Source of the DNA: Octopus sinensis
Taxonomy: Eukaryota
Assembly (NCBI RefSeq): GCF_006345805.1
Contig: NC_043023.1
Span: 8,990,001 to 9,054,000, forward strand
Direction: 5' to 3'
Length of the DNA stretch: 64,000 nt
Below the pieces are notes generated by a model. That model saw only the letters and a program-made list of their open reading frames with translations. It was not told the DNA's origin and did no database searches. Positions 1 through 13,175 of this stretch are shown here, in pieces; positions within the stretch are counted from its first letter, which is position 1; every line of letters starts with the position of its first letter. The position numbers and the translations under genes were made by a program.

Positions 1-748
1 TGGGGAAAATGTGTGGTGCAGACTTTTGGAGATGTGTAATATTTTGATGTGGTCTGGTGGTGTTGTGTATGGGTTATGTTTGTTTTTGATTGGATGTATT
101 CCATCAAATTTGTGTTTTTGGTGTCTATAGCTGTGAGCATGTTTGCTGTATATATTTTTGTGGTGTTGGTGTGGCTGTTGTTTGTGTTGGGTTTTGAAAT
201 GTCTTCGGGAGATGTATTTCCCCCTGCTTTGTTCGTGTTTGCATTTGATTTGGTTGTGTTTCTGCTCTTTATTTTCCTTCTTTTTGTAGCTATTTGCCAT
301 TCCTCCCTGGTTTCGTCTTCCGACGAAATTTCTGAGGAATCAGTAGGGGGTAGGGGTATGTTGTAGGCTTCTATGTATGTCTGTGTAAGTGGTTGTGCTG
401 TTGTTTTTGTTGTTGTTGTCTGTTGAGTGTTTGTGTGTGGTGAGTGCGGTATAAGGGATGGGGGATCAGGTTTTGTGTGTTTTCTTTGTTTTTCTGTTCC
501 TTTGGGTTTTGCTGTTGTTGGTGGTGTTGGTATTTTTCAGGTGTTGAGTGGTTTTTGGTTGATGACGGATTAGCTTGGGTTGTGCTTCTCTTGTCGTCTC
601 CTGTGTTGATGGTGGTGTGGGTAGTAGAGCTTTTTTTTCCGGAGTGCTTTGGTTGTGGTAGTGGTTGTTGTTGTTGCTCTTGGTGTGCAGTGGTTGGGCA
701 CGTCTTTTTCAAGTGTGTTTCGCTTCCACACAAATAGCAGCGTGGTCA
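1..748 (-). mobile_element. Degenerate LINE ORF1 (gag-like) remnant with CCHC zinc knuckle
   Basis: Minus strand from 748 reads [17 protein letters not shown] (CX2CX4HX4C), then a low-complexity Q/T/N/H-rich tract. After a frameshift it reads ...SEDETREEWQIATKRRKIK. It is cut off upstream by the (TAGA)n repeat. Confidence 0.5.
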
Positions 749-943
749 GATAGATAGATAGATAGACAGACAGACAGGCAGACAGACAGAGAGATAGATA
801 GATAGATAGATAGAAAGATAGATAGATAGACAGAGAGACAGATATATAGATAAATATATAGATAGATAGGTAGGTAGACAGAATGATAGATAGAATGATA
901 TATAGATAGATAGATATATAGATAGACAGACAGACAGACAGAC

Positions 944-1005
<62 letters not shown>

Positions 1006-1071
1006 GTAGATAGATAGACAGACAGACAGATAGATAGATAGACAGACATATAGATAGATAGATAGACAGAC

Positions 1072-1122
<51 letters not shown>

Positions 1123-1195
1123 CGGACAGAGAGACAGTTTGACTGATAGATTGATAAACACTGAAGTATTGTCAGAGAGACAGACAGACCGACAC
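749..1195. repeat. (TAGA)n/(CAGA)n tetranucleotide microsatellite
   Basis: Direct reading; source of the LSIY-type ORFs 570-1049 and 709-1224. Confidence 0.95.
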
Positions 1196-1749
1196 ACGGA
1201 TTTATTCCATATTAAAACTGGCAATTGTCGCCCTCATCCCCGGCATCAAGAAGCACCCTACAACAGAGGGTACCGGGTGTTTCAAAGAAGAAGGCCCATT
1301 TCGATCCTGGCAATCTTGTATGAAGGGGTCCTCTCCCAGTATACAAATATACACTGACCCCTTAAAATATTTATCGGATTCTCATTTATGTGTAACTCTG
1401 ATCTTTCACTACTTTGATGACATCAATCAATTGAAGCTAGTCAATCCCAAAAGCAAGTAGCTATTAGTCTTCAAGTAGCTGGTCAGTCCCAGAAGCAACT
1501 AAAATTATTCTGGGAATTGCGAAAGAACACAAGAGAGAAAAAAAAAAACAACAAAAGTAACTGATATGAAAGCCAACACTCCCCAAGAAGTTTCTGTACA
1601 AGTCATAACTAATTGCTTAATTATGTATTGCGCATATATAGATATGTGTATATCTATCTTTCTAGTTATCCATATGTATATTGATTGATTGATAGATAGA
1701 TAGATGGTCACACACACATATTTATATATACATGTGTGTGTGTGTGTGT

Positions 1750-1780
<31 letters not shown>

Positions 1781-1936
1781 AGTGTAACGATAAATAGACA
1801 GAAAGATAAAGAGATAGATAGAAAGATAGAAGTCATTCTCTCTTGTTCAAATTCTCTGAGGTCATTTTCTGCGAATAACCTATCAATGACCATTTGCCAT
1901 TAAAGAAACAGATGCATGCGCGCTCACGCACATTCT

Positions 1937-1971
1937 TATAAATTGCGGCCCCAAAGCTTCATTGTTCAGTT
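1937..1971 (+). promoter_or_regulatory. Pol II core promoter: TATA box + initiator
   Basis: TATAAA at 1937-1942 and TCAGTT (invertebrate Inr, A+1 = 1968) at 1966-1971. The TATA starts at -31, the canonical spacing. A GTAAGT donor follows 43 nt after +1. Confidence 0.7.
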
Positions 1972-2010
1972 CGACATCGGAGAGTTCGGAATGGCTTTGT
2001 GAGAGAACAT
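1968..2010 (+). other. Putative non-coding exon 1 (5' UTR) of the LRR gene
   Basis: Runs from the Inr to a consensus donor GTAAGT at 2011-2016 and contains a mini-uORF ATG GCT TTG TGA (1991-2002). Linkage to the exon at 10934 is inferred from orientation and order only. Confidence 0.55.
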
Positions 2011-3189
2011 GTAAGTACATAACTTATATATGATCAAAAAAATTTTGTATTTCGTTTTAGTTGTGAAATTACATTTCTCATCTGCTCAACGGAGATTATT
2101 TTCAGTTTTAGAATTATTATATACTTGCTAAAATTTGTTTTTTTACTATAACGATTCTTTTTCTTATCTTACTTTGCCTCTGTATTTTCCGCCGTTTTGT
2201 ACAATTCCAGTTCTCAAACACTTGTAATTACAACTCTGGAAAGAGGAAAAGTACTCCTCCAACATTCTCTGATTTTTTAATTATCGGTCATAAGACTCCT
2301 TAAGCATGCTGCAGAGATCATTAATGAAGTTAAATCAGTCTACAATTGTTTTGTATTCCATGTTTTCGCTCCTTTTCGTAATTAAATTTCTTTTTCTATG
2401 ATTATATTCACATAAATTTTAGTGGTGGTTGTCTGTGTTTGTATGGATCTCAGAGCATTGTTTTGCCACGGTTCCTATAAAGCTGCGAGGACGGTAGATT
2501 TTCTACCTTTATTTTGCTACCTTCAGTAATCGTAGGATTTCCTGAATGCCCTGCATAGTGGATTTCGTATGTTTCCGTCAGTTTCGGGACCGGTTCTCTG
2601 CTCCCCACCACTTCTCGCAATAGGTTCGTGGCTGCCACAATTAGCTCCACGGAAATTGGGTATTCTAACATAATGCTCTTTTCTACTCTACCATTTTGTT
2701 GTGAAATTTCCCACGGTAAATCTCAGCCTCAACGAATACATGTGGGACATTGTTAGTCCAACTATGTCCGTTGCTACTTGGGAGTTTCCATTTCATTTAG
2801 CAGTAACTGGTAGGATACGCTTAGTTACGCTTTGTCGAGATCCAACCAAACAACAGAAAGTGAGTTGTTCGCCTTTTCCTCATTGCCGAACTCTGATGTG
2901 CTTTCGGGGTCATTCTGAGTAGACTAGGGCACATCCCTTCACTTCTGTGCATGATGTCCCTAGAAAAGATAACCCTCCACCAGAAGAGAGGGATATTTCT
3001 TCTTGGGACATCATTCACAGATGTTACTCTGCTCTCCTCGTCTTCCGCACAGTATATTAATCTCCCGCGTGAACTTGAAGTTTATAAAGGCCTTCCTTTG
3101 TCTCCACCTCTGCCTTTCCATATATGTCTCTCTCCCTCTCTTGGTCTCTTTCTATTTCTCTTTGTCCCTCTTTCTCGCTCTCTTTTCCA

Positions 3190-3730
3190 ATATGATTCTG
3201 TCGTGCGCAGGTGGAGCAGAATGTTTCGTAACTCCGCGCTCAGTTGCTTTAAAACTAATTCATCTCGAAAGAGTCCAGAAGCTGGCTACCCGCATGGTTC
3301 TTGGTCAGAAGCATTTGTCTTATGAAGAAAGGCTGAAGACGCTCGACCTTTATTCTCTAGAAAAACGACGACGCCGTGGTGATCTCATTCTTGCTCACAA
3401 CATCATAAGCGGAAAGTGTAACCTCTCGAACGAGCTGTTCTTCACTCCTGCTCCAGAGCGTCGGCTGCGGGGTCACTCCGAAAAGCTGTATCTGCGACGA
3501 TTTCATCTCAATCGAAGGAGAGGGGCTTTCTCCGTCCGGGTTGCGGATCCGTGGAATAAGTTGCCGGACGAGATAGTGAAGATGCCGACGACTGCTCGGT
3601 TCACAGTCTCTCTTGACCAGAAATGGCCGGGACCCTTTGCATGAACACCATCCTGTACATAACTCCATGTCCCCCTACATGGCCTTAGTTTTTGCTTTTT
3701 GAGCCAAAAAATTAACTTAACTTAACTAAT
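3190..3730 (+). mobile_element. 5'-truncated CR1-group LINE (RT C-terminal tail)
   Basis: ORF 3003-3644 contains LERVQKLATRMV...LSYEERLKTLDLYSLEKRRRRGDLI...RGHSEKL...FSVRVADPWNKLP, the typical CR1/L2-group post-RT motifs. It ends in a (TTAAC)n-like tail at ~3712-3728. Confidence 0.85.
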
Positions 3731-3739
3731 TTTATTCTT

Positions 3740-4200
3740 TCACCGTATGCTTCTTTCCACCATATTTAAGCTGTCTTTCTCTTTCCTCAATTCTGCCACC
3801 TGACGCTGATTCTTATGGAAACTGTCCTGCTTGTTGCTCTTGCTTTCCTTCAAGCCCAAATTATATTGGAAAGCCTGCTCTACCAATTGCACCACGTTTC
3901 TTACCTTCCCGGTAGCGTCACCCTTCATAATGTTGTCCGGAATAATGTTCAAGTCATTGTTCAACCGGACGCTTTTAAGATCTGTCGCTGGAGCTAAATT
4001 CACCCGTGCAATTTTTTTGTGGAACCCTCGTCGCTTTCAAATTCTTCCCCTCTTCTTGTGAATTAATCGAGTTAAGCAAAGAGGCCCTGAGCATTGTGGC
4101 TTCATTTCTGACCCTAGTCGTCCTCCCCTTGAGAAGCAGTGCTAATACTAGGATGGGTGGTATAGTTCGTTGGTATACCATTAGTCACAGCTGGCACCTG
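3740..4200 (-). mobile_element. Possible degenerate non-LTR retrotransposon ORF remnant (pre-RT region)
   Basis: Broken minus-strand ORFs (…HKNQRQVAELRKEKDSL…) resemble the basic helical region upstream of RT in RLE-type elements. Resemblance only. Confidence 0.3.
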
Positions 4201-6149
4201 CTCAATGAATTCAGACGTAGTAGGGTCTACAAGTACAGCGATTCACTTGTTGGAGTTCATTGTCTGAGTTGACAAATTATATTCTCATTTTAATTCCTTT
4301 TGGTGGTATAATGGTTTAGCGTATAGCATATGAAAATCATGGTTCTTTTGTTTAATCGTTTATACGTTCTGTTGTTCCGTTATATGCTAAACGCAGTTAA
4401 TGTTTTTCTCCTTCAAAATGATTTTTCGAATTCTAGGATTGTTGCCTTGCTTCTATGCTTACATGATATCTGCTTTCATGACACGGAATGTCTATTTATG
4501 TTTTCTCTGGATGCGATGATACCCACGGTTTCCGCTAAGTTGCACACCCGTGTTATTCTCAGTTCTACATCTGCTAATTCCAACTTTAGTACCATATAAC
4601 CTGAAGAAATGATCGCATGAATATAATCCATCAGGTGTCCATGGTTATTACTGACTGTACTGTTATCATCTCAGGAACACGGAATAACCTTTTCCTCTCT
4701 ATTTCATGCTATTCCAGTTCAAACATTTGAAATTACTATACTGGAAACTGAAAAAATACTCCTTGAAAATTCTTTGTCATAACACATTCAACCATTCTAT
4801 AAAGAATGTTCTTTTAATGAAGCCGAAAACGACTACAATTTTTAGCATCTCATGGTTTTGTTCATTCTAGAACTTCAATTTCGTTTTCATAACTATATAA
4901 ATTCTTGTTTTTAGTGTTGGGTGTTTGTGTTTGTATGGGCCTCAGTTTTGCCATGGGGCGTACAAAGCAGCTCAGACGGTCATATATGAATCGTTTTCTT
5001 TTCACTTTGCTTCATTCAATACTAATAGAAGTCCTCACAGAAATTCCGCACTTGCCTTGAAAACTAAATGAACCATCTAGAAATACAATGTTATCAATGA
5101 AAATGCCGTTTCCAGAGATTGGTCTAAATCAATTTTGGTGAGTTGAGGGTCACTTTGGAAATCTGTAGGGTCATGTAAGGGACACATCAATGAAACTTAA
5201 ACCAAAAATAACGAAATGTACAAAAAAAAAAGTTGGCTATCCTTATTTATAATGAATGTTTTATTTCCTCCTATGCTATCTTAATAAATTAATAATGCTT
5301 TTGAAAACTAAAACTAAATCTAAAATAATAATTCATTTTGATCATTGAAGGTAGCCAAGTTATTTTTGTAACATTCCCCATTATTATTGGTTTCATTTTG
5401 ACTGATATTTAACTCAATATATCTCTAAAAGCTTAATTAATCGAATATAATTGGTTTTTAATTTTTTCTATTTATATTTTACGACGTATTAGAACTTATT
5501 GTTAATTTTTTAAACAAAATATTTTAGATTGTTTCGTCATTAATGTTTTCAATGTATTATAATTACTTTTATTGTTATTTTCGTGTTATTAAAAGCAAAT
5601 ATAAATTTCTCTGACTGTATTTTTTAACATACCTTTTCCACATACAATAATTTTAACTGATTCAGAACGTGTCACGGTTGGTGGTGCTATTTTGCAACGT
5701 CATCTTTCAGGTTGTCTATACCATCAATTTTTACCTAGCTCTATTGAACAGCTGCTGTTATTTCATCGTAGACTTACCATTATAATTTCCTGACCGTAAA
5801 AAAAGTAAACGTAAAAAAAAAGGTGGGAAAATAGCCAAGACAATAAAATATATAAACTTAACGATCGTCAACAGCAGCTACGCATATTAATCCAAACACT
5901 CTCTATCCTCAGAAAATGCCTTGGACACTTACATTTGCAGACACTATTTCAATTAAAAAAGTGAAAGTATTTTGTACTCAGGTTATATTCTCAAAAAAAT
6001 ATCCAATATGCCCCGGAACATTCAACTGTCCGGAGGAGCTTAGAAGAGAAACATTTCCGAAGAGAATGGTGAAAGAAATTCCGCTGCATTGGCAAAGACA
6101 CATAGTACAGAAATTTTGTTATGCTTCGAGATAGGGACTATCAGCTATC

Positions 6150-8290
6150 CCTTTTTAGGAACCAGTTACACTACTAAGTACAACTTCAGAAAATAGGGGC
6201 CACGTGTCAACCGAAAATACTGAAGATGAAGAATTAGCAAATCGTACTGACTTGAATAATGAAGCACCATCAAGGGATCTAGGCCCAGCTATGTGGTTTT
6301 ATGCCAGCACAAATATGTATCCACGTTCTTTCAGTCAAAATCAGTGATATGTGAAAGCAAACAGGCCCCTGATTCCTACCCAGAATCTCGACTCCATTAT
6401 CAGTCAGGTGAAGGAAAACCGGGTGCAACTGTCATTATTTTAATAACTCAATTATTTTATACCATTGATGTTATTGCTGAGGAGCAGCTGATAAAGTGGC
6501 TCTTGTGCCACCCATCAAAGGGTGCCGTTTATTACTTTTACTGTACGTTGATGTTAAGCCGATGAGACAGGTTTTCCAACGATCGGGAAAAAGCAAAGTA
6601 GAAAACGAAAACACTTGAGAAAAGTCAAGGCCCTAAACATTCTGCGTCGAAAACAATCATTAGTGTAGGGGTTTTCAAGTTAACAGGGGCTTGGAAAAAC
6701 AAACAGAGGAAAACAAGAAATATTGCGCCGTGTTGTAGCTGTCATAATATTTCTAGTCGAGAGAGGACTTGAATGTAGAATTAGGGATGAGATCATAGTA
6801 TCTAAGCATATCAAGAACGTTTTTTTGTTGGTGGGAATAATTTTAAAACTTATTGCCCAGTTTGAACCATTTGTGATGGATCATTTGAAAGCAGTCGGCA
6901 ATCTCAGAAGTGATAAGCAATCATATTACGTACCATTTTCAAAGAAATTGGTCAGTCAGAATCTGTTAAGAATCATATTGAAACAGAATTTAAAGCTGCG
7001 AAGTATTTCTCAGTTTCTGTTATTCTATACTGGACCAGGCTCATGTTGACAAGCTAACAGTTACTGTGCATTATGCTGTTTCTGCGAAGCCGATAGAAAG
7101 TTTTAAACTTTTTTCAGACGGTTTCTCACAAAGCTGAAGTTCTACCTCTGTTAGAATTTCTTGAAAAAGAATCAACATTGAAGACTGCGAGAAGCAGTCC
7201 TATGACAGTACTAGTAATATGTTCCGTCAGCATATAGGACTGTGATTCAGACTTAAGACAAGGAACCAAACTACAATTTTCATTCACCGTGTTGCTAATT
7301 CACTGAATCTTGTTGGACAGACTACAGCATCTTGCTACTTTGAAGTTGTTTTTAACTATTTTGCATTCTTACTATGTCTATACTCCTTTTCGTATCTGCC
7401 TAAATACAGAGAAGGAAAGATATAATGGAATGGACATAACTGCATTCAAAATCTACTGAAGAATATTGGAGATGATGATAAGGAACAAACACCTGAAGCA
7501 AGGTATGGAATACAGACAGTAGCAGAGAAAATGGATTGCCTTGAAACCGTTCTGTTGGTGAGAATCTGGAATATAATTCATCTACGGTTTAATAGTAGAT
7601 ATAAAGCTTTTCAAGGAGTTGAAGTAGATCTTGATAACGTGGTGGATCTAACTGATGCTTTATGAAACTTTCTGAAATCACTTCGGAATAGATATGGAGA
7701 ATTGTCGCTTGATGCAATTGACATGTGTGAAAACACAGACCGTAAAGGTTGGCCAAGGAAGAGAGACAAGCATTATGACCCAGGGGAATTTGTCCTTTCT
7801 ACAAGAGAAAAATTCGGATTCAGAATATTCAATATCATTTTAAATCAGTTATCGGTTGATTTATAAAAACTCAGTGTAGCCTATCAACCAGTGTGTGACA
7901 AGTTCAATGTTATAGTGACCTTATGTAGTTTATCTGACACAGAAATAAGATGTGAGGCTTAAATCTCCTGAAATAGAAGAAATTGCCCAATTTGCAACCT
8001 TTGTAAGCTCAGCCCATGTCTCACTCCATCCTGCCAGGCATTTTTTATCCACGTGAGGGGGCCTGCTGAAACATTTCAAATATTGATGTAACACTTCGAA
8101 AATATCTTGAGCCTGATGGCCCACTGGTTGTTCAGGAGAGAGACAATTCAGAAAATTCGGACTGTAAATGGAGTATCTGAGAATCAAGAGGACTCATGAA
8201 ACGATGAGTGATCTGTGCTTTTGCCTTTGGGTGTAGAGAACAGAACAATCACTAAAGATTTTTCGTATATCAAATAGAAAGAAAGGTTTT
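6150..8290 (+). mobile_element. Decayed hAT-superfamily transposase (ZMYM1/DUF4371-like)
   Basis: Frameshifted motifs in correct order: TTF-type KWLLCHPSKGAVYYFYC; KAAKYFSVS..LDQAHVDKLTVTVHY; CEKQSYDSTSNM...FIHRVANSLNLVG (consensus CRGQSYDNASNM...CAAHSLNLV); and a C-terminal dimerisation-like NIDVTLRKYLSLM. Many stops. Confidence 0.75.
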
Positions 8291-8520
8291 TTGTCGGAGT
8301 ATACAATGGTGAGGTGGTAAAACCTGTTGTATTTAATTTCGATGGAAACATTTTGCATTGAGAGATTCATTTAAACATTTTATGTATTTATTTGGTTAAA
8401 TTCAATTACATTCAGTTGACAGGTTTCAGATGTAAACTTGGTTATGTGGCATGGATTGTAACTATTGGGTGTAAGGGATTCATATAGCATAAAGTTCCCT
8501 GCGGCTACAAGGTTTCAATG

Positions 8521-8940
8521 AGACAGACAGACAGGCAGGCAGACAGAAAAACCGATAGATGCGTGCATAGATAAAGGCATATAATAGGTCAGACACACAA
8601 AAAGGCGGGCAGACTGCAGGCAGACAGACAGGACAACAAGTAGTCAGACAGTCAGTCAGACCGCTAGATAGATAGATAGGTAGAAAGATAGGTAGAAAAT
8701 AGGTAGAAAGATAGTAGTAGGTAGGAAGATAGATAGATAGATAAATATGATGTATGTAGGTAGGTAAGTAGACGTAGGAAGGTAGGTATGTAGGTATGTA
8801 GGTAGGTTGGTAGGTAGGCAGGTAGATATATATATATATATATAATATATATATATAGATAGATAGATAGGTAGACAGATAGATATGTAGGTAGGTAGGT
8901 TGATGGATAGATAGGTAGAAAGATAGGTAGATAGATGATT
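8521..8940. repeat. Compound (GACA)/(TAGA)/(TAGG)/(TA) microsatellite
   Basis: Direct reading. Confidence 0.9.
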
Positions 8941-9190
8941 GGCTGGATATATTTGTAATCCCTCCAATTCGTTATGTTTTCCCTCGACTATAGGCACAAT
9001 AGATTTTTATTCCTGACAGTCACGTGCCTGACGACTAGGAGGACGTCTTTATAAATATGATGTAATAAAATGTTGTGGACGTCTATCTTATTTCTGAAAA
9101 ACGTGTTGCATTGAACTGTGAAAATCCGTTCTTGTTATTTTATTATTTACTAGCAGAGATTTGCTCGGGATTAAAATTGTACACTTTGTA

Positions 9191-9257
<67 letters not shown>

Positions 9258-9509
9258 CGGGAAGGTTTACGAAAATAAACAAAAGACGAAGGCAGGTGGA
9301 GTACAAACAAACAATTGTATTAGTATGGCGCTCAGGAATAGAAATAAAGCAAGTCTTTTACGTTTCGAGCCTACGCTCTTCGACAGAAAGATACACAGAA
9401 AAGAAACAAGGAGAGAAAAAATGCATGTAGGAGCTAACGATCCAACATATATATGTTACAGTTTTTTTTAAAGAGATGATACGACAAAGGGCAGCATAGA
9501 CGACAAAGC

Positions 9510-9880
9510 ATGTGGGGTTTAACTCGACTAAGCGACATGTTAAACGTCCGTTTGGAGGATTCCAGGCCCTAACCTACAATGGAAAATTGGGAGTAGGAGT
9601 GTATGTAATTATTGAACCCACCGAAAAGGTGTCAGTGGATATACTCCCCCTTGAGATGATCAGCGCTCCGTCTAATACGACCGATCGTATGGTTGACAGC
9701 AAAACGAATGGAGTTATAATGGGGATATTATATGTAAATGTGTACATCCCGGAAATGGGCTGCAGTGGGAGACAGCAACGGGGAAGTGAACCATTGAAAC
9801 GTTGCAGAAGACGAAGTGTTGAGATTGGATTGCTGGTGTGGCTTTAGAATAAGAAGCATAAAGTGAGCCGATACAATCAC
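9510..9880 (-). mobile_element. Possible Penelope-like element remnant (GIY-YIG region)
   Basis: Minus-strand frames give a faint HTIGRIRRSADHL...FNNYIHSYSQFSIVG, resembling the PLE endonuclease tail. Very degenerate. Confidence 0.3.
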
Positions 9881-10933
9881 ACGAGAATATGTAATAATGA
9901 ATTACTTAAAAATAAGGCATATTGGCTTACTGCGTTGTATGTATGTATATAGTATGTCTATATTTGAATGCAGTGTAAGTTGACGAAATATAAGCAAATT
10001 AACGAAATAAAAGCACATGTATAGAACTGCTAATTTAACGGTAAATACTACAACAAATATTACAGAGAGACAAAGAAGTATATAGATATAGGATAAATGT
10101 CTTAATGTAAGGTAAATATGTAATTGCAAATAGCTTGCAACCTTACAAATGCTGCGATTGTTATTAACTGGTAATGGAACTGGCATTGACCCTGATCAGC
10201 CCTCACACACGTATAGTATGTTTAATAACCTAACTCACGCAGAATGGCACAAACACACACTCTGAGACATATAAACATTCATACACTTAGACTCATACAT
10301 TCACAGACAATTACACCAATCATATGCGAAAGGTGATGTCGTCGTCGTCGTGGTTAGAGTTAAAAGCAAGTATATGGAAGTGAAACATATATCACATTAC
10401 AATATAGTGTTATTCTTTCACTTTTATTCTTCGAGTTTTGAGACGTAATACGGAATCAGTGCCAATGTTGCATTGTTTTAACGCGAAACATTTACATGTT
10501 GACACTCACGAGTTCTGATAGTATTATCATGTAGAGTTTGATTTGGTTAGGTTGAGCCGTTTGTGAATGCGTTGGGAACAAAAGAGAGAGACAAATGATT
10601 TTATTATACAGATGATTTGCGAGTGTGCGCGCGGGCATGCCTGTTCGCAAGTGTATGTATGTGGTGTGTGTTGTGTGTGTGTGTGCTTTAAGGTGATAGG
10701 TCTTCAGTTTTTATTTCATATTATCACTCATGAATGCTATAATCTATAACTATATTCTTCACACTGATCGAAATTCAGTTTTTCTTTATTTTTAAATTAT
10801 GACTTTGAAAGTAAGCGAAATCAAGGATAAATTCATCGCATGAAACAGGGACCAATATTGTCCTTCGTAGAATTTGCAAAATGAATGAAATAACAATAGA
10901 GTGTCTGATATTTTGTATTTTCTTGTTTTACAG

Positions 10934-11141
10934 ATAATCTAACATGAAAATATGTTCCGGCCAAAATCTCCATTTTATGTGACTTTGTTGTTGATAATGT
11001 ACATGAGATTTTTTGGGAGTCTCATGCTGTCTCAGACGTTTGCAGTATTTGTAGATGTAGTCGTGGAGGTCAGGAAGTAGACTGTAGATTTCTCAATTTG
11101 ACTTCTGTTCCACAAAATATTGGCCAGAACGTTATTGATTT
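10934..11141 (+). CDS. Exon 2: signal peptide + LRR N-terminal cap (LRRNT); 1-nt frameshift as assembled
   Basis: Acceptor ttgttttacAG ends at 10933 and donor GTAAGT starts at 11142 (phase 2). ATG 10952 reads MFRPKSPFYVTLLLIMYMRFF. From 11041 another frame reads CSICRCSRGGQEVDCRFLNLTSVPQNIGQNVIDL (CxxCxC...VDC...LTSVPxxI, an LRRNT). One extra T in the T6 run 11009-11014 joins the two frames. Confidence 0.8.
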
Positions 11142-12169
11142 GTAAGTATTGGACATTTCTTTTTTACATATTTCCACATTCAATGATTTAAATTCTCATT
11201 TATTAAGTTGTAAGTAAATACCTTATGGTGTTGATTTCACATCGTTAAACACCATGTTACAGTGTAGTAAAGGAAGTCGATATATTTCTAGCTATGAAGT
11301 CAAGTAGACTGTTTTTTGTACATATTGCCTTATATCTAATTTCCATGTCTAAGCGGTTGTACCGGGTTGTATTAAACAAAATTGTCTCACGAAATTCCGA
11401 CTGAAAAGGTGATGTTCCTACTCCCACACTGTTTTCGATATTCTTTGCTATTCGCTTACACATGCATTCCACGACCGTAATAAGGACCTCCTCTTACAGT
11501 TCAGAACATCCGACTGGTCGCTTCGTGTTATGTATGTATGTATGCACGTATGACTTTTCTTTATGTTAGAGTTCTTGGGAGATTTCAAGCCGGTTCTAAC
11601 AAAGTGACAAGACATTTTAAGTGAAATGAAGTCCCGGCGTTTGTAGATGTGTGGTTGAGTTTGTGTGTTGTTTGAACTCTCGATGCATACACCCAAGTGT
11701 GTGCTTCTATTCACATAAAATTTCATATCGGGAATATATACTGGATTTGGATATCCACGTTAGTTCTATATTCTCTTCTTCCGTGAAACCGAGTATTTCT
11801 AGGTTTTAGTGTAAATTTGTTGATATATAATCTAGTGCACTTATGATGATAGGTACAAATGAAAATTCATAGTAAAGGTAAAAGAGTGCCGCATTAATTT
11901 GCAATAAATTTTCTCTTTTTCCTGGACTTTCGATTGTACATTTACATCTGCAGGGTAGTTGACCTATGCAACACTGCATGATTTTTGTTCACTGTCCCAC
12001 AGAACATTATCTGGTCGGTTGTGTTCGCACTAAGTTGATGTTTGTAATTGGTGTTTTGCCTGTATCCTAAGGAAGTTTTATGGAGAGAATGTGGTGGTGT
12101 GAAAGAATTTGCAGAGAATAGGTTTCTCGCTTCAGAAGTGGGGATTGAGTTTGAAAGACAGGCCAAAAT

Positions 12170-12870
12170 AGTGTAGTTCAAAACAATTTGATTCCGCAGA
12201 GTTGAAAAAGTTGTTATCATAGAAGATCCAACCGCTAATTCTAGAGAACTTGTAGAACTGTTTAACGTAGCCCATACAAATTTTCTGCACGAACTGAAAA
12301 AGATCAAAGGATCAGAAAGGGTTCAATGGATAGGAAATGGGCCCCTTTCAAACTGTCTCCAGAGAATCCGCAACAACGTGTTGCTTTCACGCCACCTTAA
12401 TAACGATTTTTAGGAAGGCTTGTTACAGGTGATGAGAGCTGGATCCTTAACCATAACGTTAAACGCCCGTCGATCGTGGATCAGTTGAGGAGGAACATTG
12501 TTCAACAACCAACACAAGGTCTTCATCAAAGGAAGATCATGTTGGGGGTATAGTGGAAAAGGTCCATTACGCAGTTAGGTAACAGACACTACTAATCTCA
12601 ACGTTTGAATGCAGATACTCTTGGGAGAGCTTGGTTGGGAAATATTGCTTATATTCCCTATTCTCCAGACCTTGCTCCTTCAATTTATCCCTTGTTTCGT
12701 GGACAACAGAACCATTTGAATGGTCTCAGTTTGACATCAAGAGATTGAAAATGAGTTGAATTCATATTTCGCATCAAAACTTAAACAATTTTACAAGTGT
12801 GGCATTTATTATCTTGTTTACAGATGGAATGAAGTTCTAGAAAGCAATGGAAATAACGTTAACAAATAAA
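12170..12870 (+). mobile_element. Decayed mariner (Tc1/mariner) transposase
   Basis: Motifs LVTGDESWIL (12417-12450), ELGWEIL..PYSPDLAPS..LFR, and FASK..FYKCGI..L..RW, with internal deletions and frameshifts. Confidence 0.8.
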
Positions 12871-13065
12871 TACTGTCTTAAACAGGGGCTTTTTCATTTT
12901 TAATAGACTCCTTAACTTGGCCATTACCATTACACCAACCAACTTCATATAATTCGGGTATATATATAACAGTTTCCTTTCTCTTTCTCTCTTCGTATTT
13001 ATCAACATCGACTTATCATCACCGTCCTTCTTATCTTCCTCTCTTATTCCAATTTTTACATTTAT

Positions 13066-13102
<37 letters not shown>

Positions 13103-13175
13103 CCACCCCCATCATCATCATCATCATCATCATATCATCATCATCATTCATCATCATCATCATCATCAATCATCA
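13066..13175. repeat. (CAT)n microsatellite
   Basis: Direct reading. Confidence 0.9.

Noticed and set aside
570-1224. LSIY-, IYIY-, VCVC- and HTHT-type ORFs here and throughout the window
   Set aside because: Products of TAGA, TA and CA microsatellites.
11200-12150. Penelope-like RT remnant on the minus strand
   Set aside because: Only faint motif resemblance; too degenerate to support.
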